DNA from: Dicyema japonicum
Taxonomy: Eukaryota; Animalia; Dicyemida
Assembly: GCA_011109175.1 (NCBI GenBank)
Contig: RDEW01000006.1
Coordinates: forward strand, 359,668-423,667
Reading direction: 5' to 3'
Length of the DNA stretch: 64,000 bases
Each line of letters starts with the position of its first letter. Position 1 is the stretch's first letter. The translations under genes and the position numbers were made by a program. Of this stretch, positions 26,980-37,690 are shown one piece after another. The notes beneath the pieces were generated by a model. That model made no database searches, was not told the DNA's origin, and saw only the letters and a list, made by a program, of their open reading frames with translations.

Positions 26980-27041
26980 GGCGTCATGTGATCCACCTGT
27001 CTAGGTGACGCCCAGTGCCTGGCCGGCATGAAAAAGGATCA
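26980..27041 (+). ncRNA. Complete copy of conserved pseudoknot motif with HDV-like topology
   Basis: ggcgtca/tgacgcc (P1), tgatcc/ggatca (P2), acc/ggt (P3), gtgcc/ggcat (P4); P1 and P3 compete for T27006; followed by a degenerate GWT..VET peptide like that upstream of the 2A at 40328. Confidence 0.7.
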
Positions 27042-27306
27042 TTTGCTCTTCCCCACTCCACTGGAGGGGTTTCCACAACTGCATGTAATGGACGTCTTAC
27101 CTTTTATGCTGATTCCGGATGGACTCGTTCTGTAGAAGTGGAAACTGGATTCACTTAATTAGTTGGTTACTTTAACTTTTTTCTCGGTGTATCAGGGTTA
27201 ATAAATGTGACCGGTTCAGAATGAGATACGGTTGAATACGAGCCGTTAAATATCGATTTTAAATGTACCGATTTAAACAGCCAATCAAACAAAATGGCAA
27301 ACGTCC

Positions 27307-30100
27307 AGACAGATAACAGATAACATGATTTATTCGCAAAACCCCAACTAACTAAACAAGGTAAGAGTCATTAACTAAAGAGGAAAAACCAAGATTTGGG
27401 GTCGTCTATATCGGGGCACTCTCATGAGACACCGTATGTCTCTTCTCCGTAAAAAAAGCCCCAATTACAATGCGAGTTTCCACAAGCAATGTAATAAATC
27501 ACCGATTCTTCTCGTTTTTCTTTCGTATTCGTCATCAATTTCAGATGCTAAATCCAATCCATGTGCGAGTTTAATTGCATACCTTCTTGTCTTTTCTAAT
27601 TTAGTTAGTAGGACTGATTCCTCCTCTGTTTTAAACCAACCTTGATATCCATATATTAGGAAAGGTTCAATACACGTTCTGTAGACAAACATAAAAGTAT
27701 CTGGAGACAAATGAAAGCGGAGTAGGGACTTGAGCATTCCCGTAGCTTTCTCTCTTCGTATTTTGATGTGCTCTTTAAACGATCCTTTTTTTTAATGCAT
27801 ACTCCAAGGTATATCAGGTTTTCCGAGAACTTAACATTCCCTGTATCAACATATTGATTCTTCCTATTTCTCGCTATCCAGGTTACAGAACTTTTTTCTC
27901 TTGATAATGTCAATCCATTATTCCGACACCAATCTTCGATTTTCACATATGAGCTACTGTTCTTTTCCATGATATTGATTTATTTATACTAGTGTCCAAA
28001 ATTAGAATGTCGTCTGCGTAAATTATCATTTTGGTATTGATGTGTCCGGTTTTGGCACCTCGCTCATTATACAGTTAAAGAGGAGGGGACTCAAAATTGA
28101 ACCTTGTGGAACACCTCTACTTAGTTTTATCTTTTTAAGAGCATATTTCCCACACGAATATAAGACTCTCTTCCCATAAGGAAGTCTCTAATCCACATGA
28201 GCGCCGACTTTCCAATGTTCGCTTTTGACAATGTCTCGAGAAGTCCCTCATGCCAGACACTGTCAAAAGCCTTGGATATGTCCAAACACGTTGCAGTAAG
28301 GTATTCTTTCTTACTTATAGATTCTTGAATTGACTTCCTAAGTTCTCGGATGCAGTCTTCAGTTCCTCTATTTTTACGGAACCCCCACTGATTGTTTGCA
28401 AGAAAATTGTTTTCCTCAACCACTTTTGATAATCTATTGAAGACAATTTTCTCCATAATTTTTGAAGTTGAACAAATAAGACTAATTGGTCTATAATTTT
28501 CTGGATTAGATCTTGATTTTCCTTTCTTTCCAATCATCCGAACAATCGACTTTTTCCAGGTCGATGGAACGTGAGCAAGTTTCCACGAGGCATTATAAAG
28601 CATGGTTAATGCATCAATTAACATAGCATTTGCATTCTTGAATATTTTCATTGGGATAAAATCCCATCCAGGGGTTTTGTTCTTGCAGCTACAAATCGCA
28701 ATTTTTACTTCTTCAGGGGAAATAGGGGTACACATAGGACCCTTCATTGACACCATCCTATCATAGTGATGATTATTGCTTCGAAATTCACATGGAATAA
28801 TGGAAGCAGGATCTACTTCTTGAATTTTTGCTAACTGTTGCCGTAGAATTTCTGGGATTTCCCCCTTTGAAATACAACAACCATTGGATGATTTTAGGTG
28901 TATTTCATCACATTTGTCATCAGAGGATTTCAATCTCGCGAATACTTTCCAAAAGTCTGCATTCTTGTGATTGATCTTTGAGCATTCTCTTCTCCATTTA
29001 TTTTCCTGTTTTCGTTTGAATATTTCCATTAATTCATTTTTCACTAAGCTGATCTGAACCTTTAGCTTTTCCGAGTCGGGAATGTTCCAACATCTTTTCA
29101 GTTTACTTTCAAGTGATTTTTTCTCTCGATGGAGGGAATCTTCTTTTAAGCTCATTGATGAGCATCCATGCGGCATACAGAATTTTTTACTTCCATATTC
29201 GTCCAAATAACACAATATCAAAGTCCTAATTTTGTCATCCAAGTAATCAATATCTGAGGAGTCCAAGATCAATAGATCACAGACATTTCCCAGTTTCACC
29301 CGTATAAAATAATCGAAATCAACCCAGTTGACATTATTAAGGTTGTAGCCAACAAAAGTTCTTTCAGCAGATATAGGCCCCGTCCTTATTTCCAAAGTTT
29401 GTGGAAGATGGTCGCTTCCAATATCTTGCTCCACAAATGGGTGCTCACAAATTTTGCTTAGATTCTGAGGCATCACAAAAACTCCGAGCTTGTCCCCACT
29501 CCTTGGTGCAAAGTGATTAATTTCTACTGAAGTTAAAATCTTTAACTCTCCAGACTTCATCCATTTTACAAGGCATTTTCCATCTTGATTGGTTGCTACA
29601 CAACCATAGTCAGTATGTTTAGCGTTCATGTCCCCAACAAGGATTGGATATTCATTGTTTTCCATAAATTTGTCAACAATCCATGGATACTCTCTTAGTT
29701 TTTTAGAATAGATTCCTCCGATAGTTATCCATCCCATGGTTGTTTGTAGTTGAATGCTTGCTAGTTCACAAAGATTTTCTTCATTGATCGTGGGTAGTCT
29801 TGTATTTAAAGAAGTTTTGTAGTAAATTGAAGTTCCTGTTCCAGCACAAGAACCAGTCTTCCAAAAAATATCTAATGAGTCGTATCCATCAATTTTAAAT
29901 GGTCTTTTCTTCAATTTAGTTTCGTTTATAATTAGAACATCCATCTGGATCGTGCTGGCTAGAGCAACCAGCACTGAGGCCCGTTTCCGAAGAGAACGGG
30001 CATTAATCAGGGTTATCCTGACTACTTCTGGTTTTTTTGGTGACTGCCCTCTCTTCTTAAGAGCGCCACCAAATCTAGTAAAAATTTAGAATCCTTGGTT
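27307..30100 (-). mobile_element. Near-intact APE-RT LINE (I/Jockey-group-like)
   Basis: 615-aa ORF plus frameshifted RT tail (GVPQGSILSP, IYADD, YLGV) down to 27465; (gttatct)-type tail; flanked by ggcaaacgtcc. Confidence 0.95.
28127..29974 (-). CDS. Endonuclease-reverse transcriptase (APE + RT N-half), frameshifted after MLLKR
   Basis: INETK, LVGDMNAKH, IGSDH, KTPGWDFIP, NYRPISL, QWGFRKNR, LDISKAFDSVWH. Confidence 0.92.
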   Translation of the reverse strand: MLVALASTIQMDVLIINETKLKKRPFKIDGYDSLDIFWKTGSCAGTGTSIYYKTSLNTRLPTINEENLCELASIQLQTTMGWITIGGIYSKKLREYPWIVDKFMENNEYPILVGDMNAKHTDYGCVATNQDGKCLVKWMKSGELKILTSVEINHFAPRSGDKLGVFVMPQNLSKICEHPFVEQDIGSDHLPQTLEIRTGPISAERTFVGYNLNNVNWVDFDYFIRVKLGNVCDLLILDSSDIDYLDDKIRTLILCYLDEYGSKKFCMPHGCSSMSLKEDSLHREKKSLESKLKRCWNIPDSEKLKVQISLVKNELMEIFKRKQENKWRRECSKINHKNADFWKVFARLKSSDDKCDEIHLKSSNGCCISKGEIPEILRQQLAKIQEVDPASIIPCEFRSNNHHYDRMVSMKGPMCTPISPEEVKIAICSCKNKTPGWDFIPMKIFKNANAMLIDALTMLYNASWKLAHVPSTWKKSIVRMIGKKGKSRSNPENYRPISLICSTSKIMEKIVFNRLSKVVEENNFLANNQWGFRKNRGTEDCIRELRKSIQESISKKEYLTATCLDISKAFDSVWHEGLLETLSKANIGKSALMWIRDFLMGRESYIRVGNMLLKR

Positions 30101-30111
30101 GGCAAACGTCC

Positions 30112-30578
30112 CAGATAACATGATTTATTCGCAAAACCCCAACTAACTAAACAAGGTAAGAGCCATTAACTAAAGAGGAAAGCCAAGATTTGGGGTCGTC
30201 TATATCGGGGCACTCTCATGAGACACCGTATGTCTCTTCTCCGTAAAAAGCCCCAATTACAATGCGAGTTTCCACAAGGAATGTAATAAATCACCGATTC
30301 TTCTTGTTTTTTTTCGTATTCGTCATCAATTTCAGATGCTAAAATCCAATCCATTTAGTTTCGTTTATAATTAGAACTTCCATCTGGATCGTGCTGGCTA
30401 TAGCAACCAGCACTGAGGCCCGTTTCCGAAGAGAACGGGCATTAATCAGGGTTATCCTGACTACTTCTGGTTTTTCGGTGGCTGCCCTCTCTTCTTAAGA
30501 GCACCACTCTCTTCTCTGTGTTGAGCTTCTACTGTTTCTTTTTTAGAAGGTTTCTTATTATATGTCGTATTCCAGCCA
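30112..30578 (-). mobile_element. Second internally deleted copy of the same LINE, in tandem with the long copy
   Basis: 5' region up to LIINETK fused at about 30355 to the 3' end (DWILASE..UTR). Confidence 0.9.
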
Positions 30579-33500
30579 GGCAAACGTCCCGTATTAATGA
30601 TTGAACCTTAAATTTTTGAAAAAATGAAGTTTTATATCTGAACAAAGTTTGCTTTAAACTAGTCAAATTATCCACAACATTAAAAAATATAATTTACATC
30701 ATTTTAATTATTGATAATATAAATTTTATTGAATTAAAATTTCTACTAAACAGAAAAAACGTTACTAAATGACTTTTCCTGATGATTTTCGGGACGCATT
30801 AAATAACATGCTATCTTCTTCTCAAAGAAACTTTGTGAAGGTCCTCCTTGGACATTACAGAAGATCTTACAACTCGGCATTGGAGCATCTCTACAACCAG
30901 TATATCGAGCCGACTATCAGCTTGTCAATGGGGCCTTCAAAGGGAAATGAGTTCGACACCCCTGACTTAATGGATACTTTTTCTCTTAGTTACATTGGTG
31001 ATTTTGCAACTTCAATTCAAATTGTGTGTTTCAGCTGTGTCTCGTCAAATTGTTAGTTTTCTTACGTTCTGTTCGTTGTATAACTCTAATATATATCCCT
31101 AAGTTTTCCTATCTCTGATGCAAAGCTGAAAGCTTAAGAACTCCTAACTCTAATGCTATTATAAATGATCAAAAATAATAATAACTGTTTTTATTAGAAA
31201 AAATTGAGAAATTTATATTGTAAAATTATTCTAGCTTTGCTAAGTCTCTGCTATTTTCTAGAATCACACTTCCATCTTCTCCTTCTAAATCAATTATTCC
31301 TGTATCAGATATTCCTTTAACATGATATATGAATGTATCAATGTGTTCGTTTAAGCCACTTTTTCGTGTTTTTTTATTATTATCAAGATAGACCCTTCTA
31401 ACAACGCGATCACCGATGTTAAAGATAGAAATATCATTCTTCCACCTTCTTTTAGTTAACATTTTTCTTTCAGCAATGTTTGAATTTAAAATTGCTTTTG
31501 TTCTCAAAGTTTCATTTGATGACCAAAACCATGCAAGATATTCAGTTGCTTCAGTTTGTGTTTCTTCATTCCATAAATCAATTTGGTTGAATATTTCATT
31601 CATATCCTCTTCTGAGTAATGATTATTTATAGTTTCATTGGCAGAAGCTCCGAACATCAATTTAAAAGGAGCGTGCAACGTTGTTGAATGCTGTAAAGAA
31701 TTATAGGAACTTGTAATTTCTTCAATTATGTTTATCCATTTGAAATTCCACTTGTTTTGAAAAAAAATAGTTGATCCGGCAAGGAGTCTATTAGTCTGAA
31801 TAATGATGTAGTTCTTATGAAATTTCGTTTCTCCTTCAGCAAATTGGATGGTAAAATTTGGGATCTCAGATAGGTTATTATTTCTTGCTTTTGTAGCATA
31901 GTGAAGTGGACAACCTTCATAACAAAAAAAAAAACTAGCGTGAGCAAAAATCTATTATTATTCTATCTGAAGTAAACCGTTAAAAAATGAAAATTTGTGA
32001 GAAATTTAAATTATTAAAATTACTAATCATTATAAAGATAGGAATTAATTAATTTATTGATTTATTTTTCATTAAAAAAAATTATTGATTTCTAACGGCT
32101 TTAACGCCACGTATAACGCCTTTAACGGCTCGTATTCAACCTGGGCTCGTATTCAACCGGTCACAATAAATAAATAGGCCGAAAACAGCTCATCGATGTA
32201 GACATCACTTTGATGGCGAAAAATATCTTGGGAGACGACAATGTTACTGAAGTCACTGTAGACTCACTTGAACAAAAAATGGAAAAATTACCTTTGTGAA
32301 CATCTATGTGTCTCCGCCTGGTTCTTTCCCGAAGCAATATGCTATACCCAATTTATCCACTTTGGTTTCCTTGAACGACGTGATCATGGGTGGGAATATC
32401 AACGCAAAATTACGTTCCTAGCTTGGTAGAACTACAAGTAAGACAATAATTAGAACTCAATTGTGCATCCTGCATAGATGAATTACCGAATTTGCCCCCT
32501 ACTATTTACTTAATCCTGTGATATTACGGGCCGAGAGAGACTAACAACAATGAACACTCTCAGAAAGTGATTTATTTTTAGATAAGAAACAATATGTCAA
32601 ATGTTTAGACACATAAGGTGTTCTAAATTGTCTGGCTTTAATCACACAAATTTCATTCTCCATGTAAAAACCTGGATACTTTCCATTGCAGATTTACCCA
32701 TGTCCAGCGAAACCTGGATTGCAGTGACAACCGTGATCTCCGTCTACGGTTTCACATACAACATCTAGGTGACACTTTGTAGAAACACAATTTAATCTCC
32801 CATTGTCTAGTTCATCTTACAAGATACGATCTCGAAATCATCAGTCCTAAGATCCTTGTGACCCTAATCATCCTCGGTTTCATAAAAGCATCTTAGGTTA
32901 AAGCATCCAAATTTTTAGAGAGTATTTTTAACACATGTTGCGTCCAATCCATATTTCGATCATTAGTAAATGGGAATATCGTTCTCCCATCGGGGCGTTT
33001 CCATCAATAAGGGAGAAACTAGTGGGGCTAGCAGAGGAAAGTGCACTTTTTAAGTCAAGTTCAGACCACATGTCGGGAAATACCCATAAATCAACTTACG
33101 TGACAAGGGATGATAATCCATAGAGCAATCCAATGTCTACACAGAATTTGTGTTTATCACAAACTTTAAGGTCAAGAACGAATGAGGCTGCTATTCTCAT
33201 ATTCATCGTCAGAAAATTGCCAAATTCGTCACATGGATAAAATCTCAACCAAGTATTCGTTTCAAAAACAGACATTTAGTTCGGTCATCCGGATCATTAA
33301 GGACTATATCGATACCTCCACGGCTCCTGATAGTTACAAAGAATAAGAGTAAGGACAGTATCCCCCAATAACATCCACATTTGGTTCCGAATAAAAGTAT
33401 ACACAAATGCATCTATAGTCATCAAATATAGATAATCACTTCAACGGTTGACCTAATTTTACTGTCAAATAGAAATATGACCTAATTTTAAGGTAGTGGA

Positions 33501-34459
33501 AATTGTAGTTACTTTTAACAGACATTCTCAGGACTTTCTCCAATGAGTCAATCGTCCAAGAACCACCCCCAGATAATCCGGTCTGTTAGACATCTCCACG
33601 CTCTTACAAGATTACGATTTTCGGAGACATTTTTCACCATTAGCGTCGACTAATGCTATTTTAGCATGTTTTAGATCGATGTTCTTGTAATAATTTTATT
33701 AAAATCCTCTGACTAACAAGCTGTGTATAAAATTCGTTTTTTATCACGATTGAAATGTGTATACGTAGTAGAGTCCTTAGTTTTTTTTATTCGTTCATTT
33801 TATGGACAACTCTCCAACAGGACCATGTTAAGAACAGTCTGATATCATTGATTCTTTACAAACAAAATCAGGTCATCCGCATATCTTAATTCCTAGATAG
33901 AAATAAAACATTTTTTAGCTTTTGGATAATGAAGAATAACTTCCAAATAAACAACAAGAGAATTGATCATAATGAATAACTTATGGAGTCCCAATGTGCG
34001 TTTTAAAATTGCAGTGGGCTCTGAGACAACACAGACTTCGAATTCTGTGTTTGAAAATAGAACCCATATAATCCTCTAACTGTCCTTGTATAGCAACATT
34101 TATAGTCTTTCTTCAGAATTCACTTAAAAATGAATTTTATGCATTTTGTAATTAACATTATTCAAAAGTTATAAAACTTTATGACACAATTTTTTTAACA
34201 TTTTGACAAAGTAATTAAACATTTTGGCAAAGAAATTAGAAATTTTGGAAAAGTTATCAAACTTCATGGTAAAGTAATTATACAAATCAGAAAACCCTTA
34301 TATTGAGTGAATTTTATTAAATTATTTTTTAATTTTATTTAATTATCAAATAGTTTATTTAATAAAATTATTATTAATTATAACGACTGTAATGTATGTA
34401 ATAATTTTAATTTCTTGTGGTCACTAGTATATTCATCATTTTGGTATTTAATCCTATAG

Positions 34460-35248
34460 ATGTTCAATTTCATCTTATTCTTTCCATTCTGCATTTTGAC
34501 ACAGAAAAATTGTCGAGAAGAAGAATTAGATGGGTCGACTAATGTGTATTAAATAATAATTATAAAAATTTTGGAGAAATTGTACAAATACTGGCCTAAA
34601 ATATAGTTTTCCTTTTAAAAAATTAAAAATGCATAACGTTATATCTGAACAAGGAAATTTTTCTATTATTGAACTGAATGTGATCATTTTGTATTAAATA
34701 TTACTTATTATAGTGCCTGTATGTTTGATGAAAGTTTAAAATATGTAGACAAACATACTTTTCCATCTACCATTGCGAAATTGTTATATATATTATTAAA
34801 TTAATAGGTTATTGAGTTGATGCTATTCCCTTGTATACATGGCAATCGATTTTGTTGGGCATTTAACATCACTTCAGCTCCTGTACATTTTTTTAATTTA
34901 TGTAGTTCCTTTCCAGATGAAATAAAATTTTTTCAAGCATTTAGAATTAGTTCCAGTATAGTTCAAATAGATTAGTATTTTTAATAATAATAATATAGTG
35001 GTGTTATCATTTGCATTGATTCATTCGATAAGGCAGAGGCGTATGATATTATATTTATCATAGACATAAATCTCTACCTTATAAATTTATAAATCTCATA
35101 AATAATAGCTTGACTATGATACAAAGTGAGTTCGTTATTGAAAACAGCGAGCAGACTAGTGGAACATGTAATTAATAATGTTATTTCAGACTGCAGTGCC
35201 ATTGTAGACAAGTACAATGTCCTTGGCAATTGCCTAATATTCCACTAA
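34460..35248 (+). pseudogene. Secreted/receptor-type LRR gene, roughly one LRR per exon, single nonsense codon
   Basis: Introns 34546-34576, 34691-34713, 34783-34807, 34883-34905, 34975-34998, 35041-35063, 35168-35189 keep one frame; product MFNFILFFPFCILT..VNCTNTGLKYSFP..LKYVDKHTFPSTIAKLLLS*CYSLVYMAIDFVGHLTSLQLLSF..INLINNSLTMI; TGA at 34818-34820. Confidence 0.8.
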
Positions 35249-36499
35249 CATTTTACTAACTTAATCGGTTCTTTTTCTGGGATCTAAGTTGGGGTTAATT
35301 AATTCAAATTTATTATGATTTAAATAATATCCTGGTTGGACAACTGAATCACACATCTCTACTCTTGACTCTGAAAGAATAATTTCAGTTAAAAAAAGAT
35401 GAGGAAATGAATATGATAGGTTTTAAAGAACGGATAGGTTTCCTTAGATTTATGAATGACATGAGCATTATCCCAATTATCTGATATAGTTTTGATCCCT
35501 ATCGACATAATTGTCACGGAGTTCTTTCTCAAGATATTCAAGGAGATCGATTATATAAACACAGTTGCTTCTTAGAGAGTCAGGCGTCCAAATTTCTTGA
35601 GAATATTGTGATATGTAGAACCTCAATAAAACTAGAGTTTTGGACATTTTCAAATAGATAGAGCTGCCGATACTAGGAAACGCCTAGTTTGTTCTCAATA
35701 TAAGAAAAATGAATTGGGTCATCTGATGTGAGGATCACAAAATCACGTTAATCAGACTATAATTATAAACGCCGTACATTCTGATTTGTCTTCAAAACCA
35801 GAAATAGTATTCTTCGAATCAAGTCGCTAATTAAAATGTCATAAGGATTCTTGATGTAGAACTCAGAGATATCTGTAGAAAACAAATATCAAGTAATCCA
35901 TATTCCCTCGAAATAAACGTCCATGCTTACAAAATCACACAATAAATGACAAAAGACCTTTGGATTACGAATTCTGAGGCAGTCGCGGTAGAAAATAGAC
36001 GTTCCCATACAGCAACTGCTCAAGCCTTCCATAAAACGTCCACAGAATTGTGTCCCGTCAATATATTACTCTTCGATTTCTTTATTTCATCTCATTGACC
36101 ACCAAGATGTCGATCTTAGAGCCCCTAGAAAGTAGTGCTAGTTTATTATGCCTTTTCCTTAGGGATCGGGCATTCACTAGCACTATTTTTAGTCCTTGTT
36201 TCAACATTTTGGTGACCTTGCTTATTCAAAACCAAGATTACTATCTCCATTGAATCTATCTATGTAATCGCGCACAGATAGTTAAGGTGTGACATAATCT
36301 TTGATATTTCCGTAAATACCTTCTCTGATAGATTGGGTGGGATTTCATTCGATTTTCGATTAATTTTTGGTGCCGTCATGACGTACGTGTCTTTGCTGTC
36401 CACGTTCTTCCAATATCGCCTATCATCACTTGTCCATCATTTTACAACCCGCACGCACGTGAAGAAATGGAAAGCAAGATCTTCCTAAACAAACTTATG

Positions 36500-37690
36500 A
36501 AGTACTATTGAAATCTATTCTCCACGAGTTTCATCCCACACAAGAAATTCGAAGGTCCATCCATCCTAGCCCTCAAACCTAAAAAGCCACCTCTCCGATT
36601 GTCCTCTCTGTGGAGAATGTGCGGAAAATGGTTAAGGTCAAAAGTCGACATATACCTGCGGCCCGGACGGAATCCCTGCAATAGTTCTGAAAACATAGGC
36701 CCCTATGCTTTCATGGCCCTCACCAAAATTTTCAATTTTTCAATCAACGAAAATTGTATTCCGTCCATATGGAAGCAATCAAACATACTACCAATTCTGA
36801 AACCCGGACGACAAAGGGACACCAGCCTCATACCGATTAATATCTCTCCTATGTGTTACATCAAAAATTTTGGAAAAGCTGATTCTTGAACTAATCAAAC
36901 CATACCTTCCTGATGCACATTTTCAACACGGATTCAGACAAGGGCACTCCACAGGAACACATCTTACATGCCTTACAAATTTCATCAAGGATGGCCTAAA
37001 ACGCAAACCTCATCAGAAGGCATTGATATGCTCCATCGATATAAAAAAACCTTTTGACTCTGTCGCAAGAAAGCTTTTGATAAGGAAGATCCTTACGTCA
37101 AGAATCTCAAACAACCTGAAAATCTGGATTGCTAATTTCCTAAATGGAAGAGGAGGAAGAATGACTACTGGAAAAACTAGGTCAGTGACCAAGATTTTTC
37201 CAAATTGGGTCTCTCAAAGATCTCCACTGTCACCACACCTGTTCAACCTATTAATGATATGCCATCCCTGATCAGTGACGATACTCTGGTTCTGACATAT
37301 CCAGATGATATTATCGTCTCAGTCAAAGACCACTGCGTTAATACCTGCTACAAGCTTCATTGGACAATCTGAACTGCTGGCTCGTTAAAAACATTCTACA
37401 TACAACTCCAGAAAAGTCTTATACAACACTTTTTACAACTAACAGAAGATTGACATCTCCGCTCCATCTGTAACCATAAATGGAAACTCAATTCCCACGA
37501 CCAACTCGGTCAAGATACTGGGCGTAACATACGACCCAGTCTTGACCTTCAGCAGAGACATCACAACGTCATCTCCTCGGCACAACGAAAGCTAAATTTT
37601 GTTAAAGAAACTCCTTGGAAATATAAGGGGTGTTTTTATTCAAATTTGGATATGCTCTACGTGCAGTTTATTCAGCCGTCTCTATGTACC
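36500..37690 (+). mobile_element. Degraded ingi/Vingi-like LINE RT
   Basis: IWKQSNILPILKPG, QHGFRQGHST, SIDIKKPFDSV, SPLSPHLFN, YPDD. Confidence 0.8.

Larger units (their letters stand above)
27206..32165 (-). mobile_element. Ginger-like (integrase-type) DNA transposon, internally deleted, with nested LINEs
   Basis: About 45-nt TIRs TGTGACCGGTT..GAATACGAGCCGTTAAA at 27206 and 32165; 5-bp TSD ATAAA (27201-27205, 32166-32170); transposase N- and C-terminal remnants 31226-31947 match 53905-55197. Confidence 0.85.

Noticed and set aside
33930-34110. MGSIFKHRIRSLCCL as a GPCR tail for the LRR gene
   Set aside because: Opposite strand, upstream of the LRR gene, and no TM helices or NPxxY
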